Shown here piece by piece: positions 18,935 through 28,049 of a DNA stretch of 64,000 nt. A program made the position numbers and the translations under genes. Numbering within the stretch: position 1 is the first letter of the stretch; each line of letters opens with the position of its first letter. The stretch is from NCBI GenBank assembly GCA_020721865.1, contig DYLW01000001.1, forward strand, positions 13,563 through 77,562, written 5' to 3'. This stretch comes from Leptospira biflexa. GTDB taxonomy: Bacteria > Spirochaetota > Leptospiria > Turneriellales > DYLW01. The notes under the pieces were generated by a model. The model was given only the letters and a program-made list of their open reading frames with translations. It made no database searches and was not told the origin of the DNA.

Positions 18935-20245
18935 ATGAAATATTTTTTATCCGGTTTACGTGCTCTCCTATTCTCTTTAGTGATCCCCTATGGTTCTTCA
19001 GATTCCGCAGAGATTTCCTGGATAACCGGCCTTTCTCTGATTCAGGAGAATTCTCTGTATTTCTCCGGGATTGAGACAGGAGTTATCGTATCGGATGCAA
19101 AAGAACAGAATGAGATCACTCTGGTATTCCCGCTGGTTTTTTATGACAGGGACAATCATTACCTTCTGGGAACCTATGGGTATTCCTTTGCGGAAATATC
19201 CCAACCGGAAAAAGAAGAGGGAACCTCTGCAATGATATCCCAGATGGATCATCCTCTCAACTTGGTTTATTTCCTGGAATCCTTCCGCATATCCGCAAAC
19301 CCGGTGAGTTTGGATTACAGAAATCAATATATTAAAAATGATCCCTTATCTCAAATAACCTGGAACCATTCTTTGTATAGAAATGAGCTACCATATTTTT
19401 CCAGACAGATGGTGTTACAATCTCCGGGATTTTCCCTGATGAGCAATTCCCTTCCGGAATCTAACCGATTTGTGGCAAACGGTGAGGCAGATTTTTTTTC
19501 CGGTGCCAAAGCCGGGATTTTGTCCGGAACATCGGTGGACGTCTATGGCTGGTATTTTCATGAAATTGAAAAATACGGCGGTGCCTTTGAGGCCAGTACG
19601 GAAGGGTGGGATTTTTCCGGATTTTCCACTGGTGTTTTTGCCGGAGTTTCTGTCCAATCGGACACGGAGAAAAGCATCCTGCAAAACAGAAATTCCGCCG
19701 GCGTTCGCTTCCGGTTCTGGAATACAGAGAGCAGAATGGGATATCTGAATGAAACCAGAAATTCCCCCGGAAATGTACCGCTGGCATACCCCTCTTTTCT
19801 GGCAGAATTGGGAGAACAAAATCCGGATATAGAAAAAAACAACGGATACGTCCATGGAATGACTCTCCAGTTTTTCTGGATCAATGACCTACCCTTTATT
19901 ACCGACCTTTTGGATTTACTGGTTAACCAGATCCAGTTTTCCCCGGTTCGGAAAAAGGAGCTGGAGATTGTTCTGGATACGTATTTTGATGAACAAATAA
20001 CGTCCACTCCCCGGGTGCAACTTTCCCATTATGGAAATTCTTTTTCCTGGCATCTGGGTTATACGGAAAATAAACTCTCCTCATACCGCCGGATGCTCCG
20101 GGATGAAAATAATTCTTTTATATTTTTCCGCTTTGACAAGCCCATCGTCCGGGACTTTTTATACTTCCATTGGGAGACCTACAACGTTGTTTTCCAAAAT
20201 ACCGGAAATTTCCATTCTTATCTGTACCTGCGTGCCGTGCTCTAA
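18935..20245 (+). CDS. Secreted / outer-membrane protein of unknown function
   Basis: ATG 18935 gives the signal-like MKYFLSGLRALLFSLVIPYG. The ORF-track start 18803 overlaps the divergent patatin gene. The composition is aromatic-rich and beta-strand-like. Confidence 0.55.
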   Translation: MKYFLSGLRALLFSLVIPYGSSDSAEISWITGLSLIQENSLYFSGIETGVIVSDAKEQNEITLVFPLVFYDRDNHYLLGTYGYSFAEISQPEKEEGTSAMISQMDHPLNLVYFLESFRISANPVSLDYRNQYIKNDPLSQITWNHSLYRNELPYFSRQMVLQSPGFSLMSNSLPESNRFVANGEADFFSGAKAGILSGTSVDVYGWYFHEIEKYGGAFEASTEGWDFSGFSTGVFAGVSVQSDTEKSILQNRNSAGVRFRFWNTESRMGYLNETRNSPGNVPLAYPSFLAELGEQNPDIEKNNGYVHGMTLQFFWINDLPFITDLLDLLVNQIQFSPVRKKELEIVLDTYFDEQITSTPRVQLSHYGNSFSWHLGYTENKLSSYRRMLRDENNSFIFFRFDKPIVRDFLYFHWETYNVVFQNTGNFHSYLYLRAVL

Positions 20246-20352
20246 AAACACAAATCAACATTTCTCAATGAACGGTTTAACTCCCGGCGATAGTGTTGCC
20301 GACCACGGGAATCCTTACCTAACCGGCGATATTTTGATGGGAGAATCTATAC

Positions 20353-20940
20353 TTACAAATCGTCGTTTACTTCCACGACCGGAGGTTCCACGTCCAAGAA
20401 TAGAGAAGACAACTCCTGTGCCTTCCAGATTCCTTTGTTATTGCGAACCATCTTTATCGGACGGGGACTGAATCCATACACCTTGATGAATACTTTCAGG
20501 TTGCCGGATGCCTCATCACCGCTGTATTTGGTGCGGCTGATAACAAAACGTATGGGCTCCGAATATGCGTATCCATTCTGTGGTGACGTCCCCTGGATAT
20601 ATGCTTTGGGCCAGTATTTTCTCTGGCGAAAACGATCAAGGTGGTAATTAAAATAACTTGGCAGGGGCTGCAATTCTTTGTATACATCTCCTTGGGTGAG
20701 GTTTTCTCTGTCCAGAGCCACCGTCATACACTTGAGTCCTTCATTTTCATCCTCCGCAAAAACGAGCATGGCAAGCACCATCATAGCTGCTCCACCCTCT
20801 GGCGTGCTTGCCAGTTTATTCCGAATATCCTCAAACTCTTTGACGTTTTTGGGTACTTTTTGTATTTCGATTGTTTTTGCCTGAGCAAATAACCCTTTGG
20901 CCACAACAACAACTAAGAGAATAGAAAATAATTTTTTCAT
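20353..20940 (-). CDS. Secreted protein of unknown function, downstream of the hydrogenase genes
   Basis: Signal peptide MKKLFSILLVVVVAKGLFAQA and AGGAG 5 nt upstream of the ATG. No recognisable catalytic motif. Confidence 0.55.
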   Translation of the reverse strand: MKKLFSILLVVVVAKGLFAQAKTIEIQKVPKNVKEFEDIRNKLASTPEGGAAMMVLAMLVFAEDENEGLKCMTVALDRENLTQGDVYKELQPLPSYFNYHLDRFRQRKYWPKAYIQGTSPQNGYAYSEPIRFVISRTKYSGDEASGNLKVFIKVYGFSPRPIKMVRNNKGIWKAQELSSLFLDVEPPVVEVNDDL

Positions 20941-21020
20941 GACTACTCCTTGCGGTATCCCGCAGGGATAGGGTATTCAAGCCGTACAGATATGCAAGTA
21001 CATTTCCGTTTTTATATTTT

Positions 21021-22316
21021 TCAATGCACAGAGCAGGATATGCAAGGGTCATAGGCCCGCACCAGCATTTCGCACTGGCGGATCATCCGGTCTTCCGTGA
21101 AATCCTGGGCAACCATTTCCGCGACATAGGAGCGTAGATCATAATGGATATTCGCATTATTCTGGGTTGTGGGGATAACGCAGTTTGCCCGGCGAATAGT
21201 TCCTCTGGAATCAATTTCATAATCATGATAAAGGATTCCACGCGGAACCTCCACCGCTCCAATACCCACACCTTCCCGGGGAACAACCGGCTGGAGATAA
21301 TCTTCCTGGCGGATTTTATTGTAATGTGCCAGATCATGGAAAAAATCCAAAAGTTCCTGGTAAACATGGACCACCTCCACCACCTGGGCAATATTATTCA
21401 TAAATGGATTATGATTCACGGGAGACAAACCCAACCTTTGTGCAGTTTCTTTGGCGACTTTATTCAGGTGGGAATAATTATTATTCACTCTGGCCAGTGA
21501 GCCGGCGGCGAAGGATTCCCGGCTGAGCTTTGCGAATTTACTGGTGGAAAAATCCACCACATATTCATTGGTCAACTCCAGATAATCTTTTTCATTTTTG
21601 AGAACTCCGTCTGTGGAAACAACATTGCCTCCAATCCAGGGAAACGGGTCCAATCTGTCCTCCCCTCCCTTGAGAGAGACAAATTCCGTTTCTCTGATAA
21701 AACCCGGCATTTTAAGGGAGGCAAAGATATCCACCATTTTTTGGAGCTGTTCCTTCCCCTCTTCCAGCCGGGTAATCATAGCTTCAACTTCCATTCGCCG
21801 GGGAACCCGGGAAACCCCTCCCGGCTGCAGGGTGACAGGATGCGTAGTCCTCCCCGCTACCAGATCGCAGATATCATTGGCCAGCTTCTTAAAGAATAGT
21901 GCCAGACGCACCGTTTCCGGATTTTTGGCCAGGATGGGAATTACACTTTCTTCATTAAAAAAATCCGGAGCTACCAGAAAAAAAAGATGCAGGATGTGGC
22001 TTGTGATGGTCTCTCCGTGTTTGGCCGCCAGCCGGAGTTTCTGGGCAAGAGGAGGTGGTTCAAACCCAAAGGCTTTTTCCACCGCACGCACCGAAGCCAG
22101 TGCATGACCAATGGAACAGATTCCGCAGATTCGGGATGTCAACAGAGGAGCGGTTTCATAACTTTTTCCCACCAGCATAGCCTCAAAAAATCGGGGGGTT
22201 TCCACCACCATCCATCGGGCATCTTCCAGTTTCCCATCCCGCACGCGAATCATAATATCCCCATGGCCTTCCACCCGGGTGAGATGCTTGATATCTGCAT
22301 TTACTGTTATCTTCAT
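21021..22316 (-). CDS. [NiFe] hydrogenase large (alpha) subunit, cytosolic group 3 (3b/sulfhydrogenase-like)
   Basis: N-terminal Ni-binding motif RICGICSIGH and C-terminal DPCISCSVH followed directly by TGA. About 430 aa, as in soluble group 3 enzymes. Confidence 0.9.
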   Translation of the reverse strand: MKITVNADIKHLTRVEGHGDIMIRVRDGKLEDARWMVVETPRFFEAMLVGKSYETAPLLTSRICGICSIGHALASVRAVEKAFGFEPPPLAQKLRLAAKHGETITSHILHLFFLVAPDFFNEESVIPILAKNPETVRLALFFKKLANDICDLVAGRTTHPVTLQPGGVSRVPRRMEVEAMITRLEEGKEQLQKMVDIFASLKMPGFIRETEFVSLKGGEDRLDPFPWIGGNVVSTDGVLKNEKDYLELTNEYVVDFSTSKFAKLSRESFAAGSLARVNNNYSHLNKVAKETAQRLGLSPVNHNPFMNNIAQVVEVVHVYQELLDFFHDLAHYNKIRQEDYLQPVVPREGVGIGAVEVPRGILYHDYEIDSRGTIRRANCVIPTTQNNANIHYDLRSYVAEMVAQDFTEDRMIRQCEMLVRAYDPCISCSVH

Positions 22317-22325
22317 ATATATCTC

Positions 22326-23087
22326 CTATTCCGTCGCATTCAGGGAATGAAGAGAATGGAATAAATTCAATTTTTCCATAATATCCTCATCCGTAAATCC
22401 CATCCGATAAAAAACATTTTTCAACTCCGGCCAGTTTGTCTCATCCGCCGGCCCCCGGCAGCCATAGCAGGGCAGTTTTCCACCCGGGCATGGAGCATCA
22501 CAACCCGCACGGGTTACCGGTCCAAAGCACATCTTCCCCTCATCCAGAAGACAGTGATTCATGTTCCGTTTACATTCAATGCACACGGGATATTTTTCAA
22601 AATGAAACTCCGCCGATGTGACAAGATGTACCACAATCTTTTCCACTTCCTTTTTGGAAACCGGACAGCCGGGTATGGATAGATCCACCGGAATCACTTC
22701 GTGGATGGCCTTTACGGGCAGAGACTCTTTGGGCTGGTTTCCGTAAACGATGTAATTGTTCTCTGCTACGCTCCGCAAATTGGCCGATTTATTCACACCC
22801 CCAAATACCGCACAGGTACCCAGAGCCACCACGACGGAAGCTTGTGCCCGGATTTTCTCCAAGCGGTCAATCTGGTCCTGGCGGGAAGCCGAACCTTCAA
22901 TAAACGCAATATCATAGTCCTGTCTGTGGCTGGAGGATATTTCCCGAAAATTGACAATCTCTACCAGGTTTAAAAAATCGGCCAGGGTTTCTTCTTTATT
23001 TGCCATTTGGAGCTGGCAACCCTCACAGCAGGTAAAATCAAAAAAGGCCACTTTGGGCTTTGCGGTTTCTATTCCAAGATACTGCAT
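22326..23087 (-). CDS. [NiFe] hydrogenase small (delta) subunit
   Basis: Proximal-cluster motifs FDFTCCEGC, GTCAVFGG and IPGCP, plus distal Cys clusters (CIECKRNMNHC, GCDAPCPGGKLPCYGCRG). No Tat signal, so the enzyme is cytoplasmic. Confidence 0.9.
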   Translation of the reverse strand: MQYLGIETAKPKVAFFDFTCCEGCQLQMANKEETLADFLNLVEIVNFREISSSHRQDYDIAFIEGSASRQDQIDRLEKIRAQASVVVALGTCAVFGGVNKSANLRSVAENNYIVYGNQPKESLPVKAIHEVIPVDLSIPGCPVSKKEVEKIVVHLVTSAEFHFEKYPVCIECKRNMNHCLLDEGKMCFGPVTRAGCDAPCPGGKLPCYGCRGPADETNWPELKNVFYRMGFTDEDIMEKLNLFHSLHSLNATE

Positions 23088-23099
23088 AATTTCTCCTTG

Positions 23100-24002
23100 T
23101 TAAATGGCTTCCTTCAGATTCATGACCGTCCAATAATCCATCACTGGACCGTCCACACAGGTAAAGGTGGAACCCACCATGCACCGGCAGCATTTTCCCA
23201 TGCCACAGTGCATTCTCCGCTCCAAATCCACATACATTCTATTCATGGGGATTCCCTTTTCGCTTAAATCCGCACAAACATATTTAAACATCACAGGCGG
23301 GCCGCAGACCACAGCATAAGTATTCTGGACATCCATCTCCTTATCCTTGAGCAAATCTGTGATCATTCCGGTCTTGCCTGACCAGCCTGGAGACTTTTCT
23401 TCCGATATTATTTCAATTTCACAATCGTATATTTTTTCCCATTCTTTAAACTGGTATTCAAATAAAATCTGACTGGGGGTTTTCACTCCGTACAGGATGT
23501 AAATTTTTCCATATTGAGAGCGGTGTTCATTAATCCAGAAAATGGGGCCACGCAGAGGGACAATGCCCAATCCTCCGGCAATCAGCAAAATGTCCTTCCC
23601 GGTCATTTTCTCCATGGGGAAATGGGTGCCAAAGGGGCCCCGGATTCCCACCGTAGAGCCGATCTTCGCATTATGGAGAACCCCGGTCACCTTGCCGGCT
23701 TTCCGGATACATAGCTCAATCTGCCCCACAAAAGCTGTGGAAGCAGAGAGGGATATGGGAACTTCTCCAAATCCGGGAACTTCCACCATCACAAACTGGC
23801 CAGGAAGAAAATGGAATACCTTGGCCTCTTCCTCATGGATAAACTGGAGCCGGAACAGTTTTTCATGTTCGGTAAGAGCCACAATATTGGTTATTTGGAC
23901 TTCATAGACCTTATCCGTTTTCATCAGCGATGCTTTTCTGTTGAAATCCGGCATCATATTCAAGGACGGAGTTAGATTAATATCTTCCACCGGTATTTTC
24001 AT
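23100..24002 (-). CDS. Hydrogenase gamma subunit: FAD/NAD(P)-binding oxidoreductase with a C-terminal 2Fe-2S cluster (PyrK-like)
   Basis: Ferredoxin-reductase fold blocks ([27 protein letters not shown]) and a Cys cluster ([25 protein letters not shown]). The start at 24002 forms an ATGA overlap with the beta-subunit stop. The ORF-track start 24104 lies inside the upstream gene. Confidence 0.85.
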   Translation of the reverse strand: MKIPVEDINLTPSLNMMPDFNRKASLMKTDKVYEVQITNIVALTEHEKLFRLQFIHEEEAKVFHFLPGQFVMVEVPGFGEVPISLSASTAFVGQIELCIRKAGKVTGVLHNAKIGSTVGIRGPFGTHFPMEKMTGKDILLIAGGLGIVPLRGPIFWINEHRSQYGKIYILYGVKTPSQILFEYQFKEWEKIYDCEIEIISEEKSPGWSGKTGMITDLLKDKEMDVQNTYAVVCGPPVMFKYVCADLSEKGIPMNRMYVDLERRMHCGMGKCCRCMVGSTFTCVDGPVMDYWTVMNLKEAI

Positions 24003-25054
24003 TTTTCCCTCCGCATTATATGTTCTTTGTTCAGATCCGCAATAATTTCCGCCGGATTGATCCCCACCGGACATGCGTCCCCGCAGCGGTTGCAGCCCAC
24101 ACATTTGGGCTCATCATAGCTTTCCACAAAACCCCGGTGCTGGTGGTAAAAGCGGTATTTTAACCTTTTTTCCGGATCCGGCCGAAAATTATGGCCACCG
24201 GCCACCTCCGCGAAATCGACCAGATTACAGGAATAGAGAGCTCTTTTTTTACTGGCGGTACGGAGCGATGGATCAATTTCTTCGGTCACGGTGTAACAAT
24301 AACAGGTGGGACAAACCATAGCACAACTCCCGCAGCTCAGGCATAAAGAACCCCATTTTTTCCAGACATCGGATTCAAATTCCAGATCCATCAGATTGGA
24401 AAGATCACTGATATCCACTTTTGTTGTAAAAGATTCCCGGATTCTGGACTTAATCCTTTTATAATCTTCCTGATCTTCCTCTGTTACTTCCTGTATTTCA
24501 AAACCGGAAAGAATCTCCATCGCTTTGGATGAATTGATTTTCATAAAATATTTTTCCCCCATATCCGTGAGAAAAATATCAAAGCCATGGCTCACATTAT
24601 CCGATCCCACTGACCGGCAGAAGCAATCCTCTAAGGCCTCATGATCCAGACCAATGATAAATGTATTTTTCCTTCTGGCAATATAATACGGATTGGGGAA
24701 ATGCCCATGCATCAATACTTTGTCCAGCTTGAGCAGAGCATCCACATCGCAGGAGCGGGCACCAAAAATTACCCTGGGATGAATGGTATATTCAATCTGC
24801 TGGCTCCATTGGCTTTTGCTGAAGTCAAACCGGGACAGAGTTTCTTCATAGGGGATGAAAAAATTCTTTATGGATGAATAACTTTTTGTATAATTAAAGT
24901 CTATTTCATCATAATCCCAAACCTGGTCAAACTGGTAAACCGGTTTCTTATTTTTATCATAATCTTTAATGACCGGAGCAATCAGAGTATTATCCTTCAT
25001 GACTTCTGTCAAAAACTTTTTGAAATCGTGCTTATACATGGTCTTGTATATCAT
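23999..25054 (-). CDS. Hydrogenase beta subunit: 4Fe-4S dicluster protein (HydB/AsrA-like)
   Basis: Two ferredoxin-type motifs, [16 protein letters not shown] and [12 protein letters not shown]. First gene of the beta-gamma-delta-alpha set; AAGGAA lies 7 nt upstream of the ATG. Confidence 0.85.
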   Translation of the reverse strand: MIYKTMYKHDFKKFLTEVMKDNTLIAPVIKDYDKNKKPVYQFDQVWDYDEIDFNYTKSYSSIKNFFIPYEETLSRFDFSKSQWSQQIEYTIHPRVIFGARSCDVDALLKLDKVLMHGHFPNPYYIARRKNTFIIGLDHEALEDCFCRSVGSDNVSHGFDIFLTDMGEKYFMKINSSKAMEILSGFEIQEVTEEDQEDYKRIKSRIRESFTTKVDISDLSNLMDLEFESDVWKKWGSLCLSCGSCAMVCPTCYCYTVTEEIDPSLRTASKKRALYSCNLVDFAEVAGGHNFRPDPEKRLKYRFYHQHRGFVESYDEPKCVGCNRCGDACPVGINPAEIIADLNKEHIMRREK

Positions 25055-25178
25055 AGTGATTCCTTATAAAAATAATAAAATTATAAATATTCTAATATTT
25101 TACCATTTATAATTTCTAATGCTTTTGTCAAGATTTTTCACAAACCCAGGAAAAATATTGACGCCCTGACGAAAAATT

Positions 25179-25766
25179 GTGCATTGCACCATAGTGAAGG
25201 TCATTAAGCGATACTCCAACCGCCGTATGTACGATGCAGAGACTTCCCGTACCATTAATCTGGATCAGGTGGCCTCCATCATTCGTTCCGGGGAAGATAT
25301 CACCGTGATTGACCAGAATGGTCAGGATATAACCAGCCATGTGCTCAGCCAGACATTTCTGAAACTCCAGGACAGCACCAAAGAACCGCTTTTCAACTTC
25401 ATCCTCAAGGCTTTGATCCGGGAAAGCAACCAGGATTTTATCTCGCTGGTCAAGAAGCTTATCTTCGCGGGCATCGGGATTACCTATCTCACCGGAGAAG
25501 AAAGAAGCAATATCATCAACCTGATCCTGAACAATGAAAGAAATCTGAATAAATCCGGAGCAGCTCTGGAAAAACTCAGCGTGACTGGCCAGTCAGAAGT
25601 GGAAAAGATTTGGGATGTTTTTGTAAAAAAACTGGATGATTTTTCCGGCCAAGTCAATACCACCATCCAGAGTACCATAGACACCATAGAAAAGCAGGAA
25701 CATTTTTCCCGAATTGAAAAAAAAATTAAGGAACTTGCTTCCACAGTGGAAAAGATCAATAAATAA
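25179..25766 (+). CDS. PhaR/PhaF-like polyhydroxyalkanoate-synthesis regulator (PHB_acc_N DNA-binding domain plus coiled coil)
   Basis: IKRYSNRRMYDAETSRTINLDQVASIIRSGEDITVIDQNGQDITSHVLSQ matches the PhaR N-terminal domain pattern. GTG start (25179 or 25194). Confidence 0.7.
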   Translation: MHCTIVKVIKRYSNRRMYDAETSRTINLDQVASIIRSGEDITVIDQNGQDITSHVLSQTFLKLQDSTKEPLFNFILKALIRESNQDFISLVKKLIFAGIGITYLTGEERSNIINLILNNERNLNKSGAALEKLSVTGQSEVEKIWDVFVKKLDDFSGQVNTTIQSTIDTIEKQEHFSRIEKKIKELASTVEKINK

Positions 25767-25793
25767 GATATTTCTTCCGAAGATTAATTTACA

Positions 25794-26561
25794 ATGAAAA
25801 ACCCTTTTTATCGGGGAGAAAAAAAGAATTATAAAAATGCCGGGGCGTTTTCGCAAAAGGTGGAACAATTAAAATCCTTTGCCACCATCCTTTCTCCGGT
25901 GGTAGCCTTTCTGGGAGTTATTCTCTTGTTTTTTTCCATACAGGATCCGGATAATATAAAAGAAATAGATAATCTTCTGGACCAGAAAAAATACCAGGAG
26001 GCATTCCTTCTTTCCCAATCCTCCCTGTCCACAAATCCCGGAAACATGGAAATCTTTTTTCGGACGGCTTATGCCGAATATTTTATGGAAGATTCCAAGG
26101 AAAATCCCCATCCCGTTTATTTCCAGCGTTTCCTCCGGAAAGATCTCATGAGTCTGCAATCCGGAATTCTGCTCCAGAAACTTCTGGCCGATGGGCGGGG
26201 AACCCGGGGATATTTTAATCTGTTCTGTGAATCCATGCGACGGGGAATTTTTGAGGATGCCCGGATGAAAAGTGTATTTTTGAGTGAATTTACGGATGGC
26301 AGGGATTTTTACATCCAGGACAGGTTCTGCCTGGAAATGGCCTTCCGTAAGCAGATCCCATTTCTGGCTCCCCATATATTCCATACCATACAATCCTGTC
26401 CAATTCTGGATACCCACGCAAAACCAATGGGAAATTTAGCAAGGGGCACCCTGGTATTGTTCCGCAATAATCCGGATGACCTCACCGCAAGAATACTGCT
26501 CCGCAGCGGAGAAACAGTATTTGTTGCAACCTCCTGCATAGCCCCCCACCATCAGCCTTAA
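25794..26561 (+). CDS. Membrane-anchored hypothetical protein
   Basis: One TM helix (FATILSPVVAFLGVILLFF), a helical middle region and a possible small beta domain at the C-terminus. No recognised motif. Confidence 0.5.
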   Translation: MKNPFYRGEKKNYKNAGAFSQKVEQLKSFATILSPVVAFLGVILLFFSIQDPDNIKEIDNLLDQKKYQEAFLLSQSSLSTNPGNMEIFFRTAYAEYFMEDSKENPHPVYFQRFLRKDLMSLQSGILLQKLLADGRGTRGYFNLFCESMRRGIFEDARMKSVFLSEFTDGRDFYIQDRFCLEMAFRKQIPFLAPHIFHTIQSCPILDTHAKPMGNLARGTLVLFRNNPDDLTARILLRSGETVFVATSCIAPHHQP

Positions 26562-27271
26562 GGAAGTGCCGTCGATTTTTTGGATCCCTCCCCTTCCGTC
26601 TTTCCCATAACACTCCAGGGGTTTTTTTCAATCTGTTTGGATAACCTCTCCAGAGATTCCGTGGTTTTTCTCACATTGGTCAGAATGACCGGGATTTCCA
26701 CAGAAGAGGAATCCAGAATATGGTTCACCTTGACAATGGAGGAATTGAGATTCAGCAACAGCATTTTAACAGAATTTTTATTCACATCCGCCATATTGGA
26801 GAAAGAGGCTATCAATTCGCTCACATTGGCCACGGCGGAGGATATATGGTTAATCATCTCATCCAGATTGACAATATTTCCCGCATAAAGAGTATCCCCG
26901 TTCTGCAGAAGGTATTTTCTTTCCGTGGATGGAATAATCTCCATAATAGTATCCCCAATCACATTCTGGTTGGAAATATTCAGACGGGTTCCCCTGTATA
27001 GCTGCAGTCCGGGGTCCACTGAAATGATGGCCTTGAAATAAATATCATCCCCGTATATGGGAATAACATCCATTACTTCCCCCACGGTATAATTTTTCAA
27101 CTTAACTGCGGTCCCCTTTTTCACCCCGCCCAATTTTTCCATACGTACCAGATAGGATACCCGGTTATCCAATAAATGGTATCCGAATAAAAACGTTATA
27201 GTACCAATGGCAAGGATCAGACCCACCACAACAAATAACCCGGTAAAAATATCATCTTTATTTACTTTCAT
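26558..27271 (-). CDS. MCE/MlaD-family protein
   Basis: N-terminal TM helix (IFTGLFVVVGLILAIGTITFLFGY) and an MCE beta-barrel block (GGVKKGTAVKLKNYTVGEVMDV..ISVDPGLQLYRGTRLNISNQNVIGDTIMEIIP), then a helical C-terminal region. Confidence 0.8.
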   Translation of the reverse strand: MKVNKDDIFTGLFVVVGLILAIGTITFLFGYHLLDNRVSYLVRMEKLGGVKKGTAVKLKNYTVGEVMDVIPIYGDDIYFKAIISVDPGLQLYRGTRLNISNQNVIGDTIMEIIPSTERKYLLQNGDTLYAGNIVNLDEMINHISSAVANVSELIASFSNMADVNKNSVKMLLLNLNSSIVKVNHILDSSSVEIPVILTNVRKTTESLERLSKQIEKNPWSVMGKTEGEGSKKSTALP

Positions 27272-28049
27272 CTTCTTCCTGCCTGAAATTCATGGGTCCG
27301 CTTAAAGGATGCCGGAGATACTGGTCCACATAGGCATTGGACGTGTACAGTGAATTTCCATCAAATACTATTTTTCCGTCATACAGCATCAAAAACCTAT
27401 TTCCATATCCCGATACAACGGTCGGCATATAGGTGGATATTATAAATGATATATTATCTTTTACAATATCTTTTTCTGCAATTTCCAGAAAATGGGCAAG
27501 GGATAACGGGCAGTGCCCATCGAACGCATTATCCGCCAGAATCAATGCGGGTTTCATAATGAGAGCCCGTGCAAAAACCACCCTGAGGATTTCGCTGGCA
27601 ATCAGTTTCTGCGGACGATCATTTTCTCTTTTCTTCAAGCCATACTGGCGGATCAGACTGTCCGCTTTTTCCTGCATTTCCTCTTCCAACATCCGGGTGT
27701 GATAGCGTAAGGGCAGAAGGATATTCTCTCTCACAGAGAGATTATTGATCAGCCCGGAACGTCCGGTCACATAACCAATATTTTTTCTGAATTCTTCCAG
27801 TTCTTCCTTTCCAGCTTCGGAAACAGACCGATTGGCCAGTATGACATTGCCGGTGTCCGGTTTTATTTTTCCGGTAATTAATGGGAGGATAAAATCCTTT
27901 CCGCTTTTTTCCGGTCCAAAGATTACCAGGTTTTTTCCGCTTTCCAGATCAAAGGAGATATCCTCCACCTTTTCCATTTTTGTTTCATCGTTGTAGGAAA
28001 CTCCGGTCAGACTCAGAATAATCCCATCATTTATATTTTTATCCATCAT
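27258..28049 (-). CDS. ABC-ATPase-like protein with degenerate catalytic motifs (MlaF-like position)
   Basis: ABC fold is recognisable, but Walker A is GPEKSGKD, the signature is LIASE and Walker B is LILADN. ATG 28049 forms ATGA with the trkH stop; ATG 28058 is the alternative. The ORF-track start 28211 lies inside trkH. Confidence 0.7.
   Translation of the reverse strand: MMDKNINDGIILSLTGVSYNDETKMEKVEDISFDLESGKNLVIFGPEKSGKDFILPLITGKIKPDTGNVILANRSVSEAGKEELEEFRKNIGYVTGRSGLINNLSVRENILLPLRYHTRMLEEEMQEKADSLIRQYGLKKRENDRPQKLIASEILRVVFARALIMKPALILADNAFDGHCPLSLAHFLEIAEKDIVKDNISFIISTYMPTVVSGYGNRFLMLYDGKIVFDGNSLYTSNAYVDQYLRHPLSGPMNFRQEEDESK

Noticed and set aside
21021-22316. Possible selenocysteine or in-frame TGA in the [NiFe] large subunit, as seen in some group 3 enzymes.
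   Set aside because: The ORF is uninterrupted and all four Ni-ligand positions are ordinary Cys codons. No SECIS-like context needs to be invoked.
23100-24104. N-terminal extensions in the ORF track that overlap the upstream gene. Affected ORFs: hydrogenase gamma, jag 8437, hisH 48784, hisB 49313, MCP 35644, ABC-like 28211, 18803, 39113, 55688 and 16510.
   Set aside because: In each case an internal start gives the expected family N-terminus or a signal peptide. It often also gives an RBS or an ATGA/TTGA coupling with the upstream stop. The extensions translate to implausible sequence.
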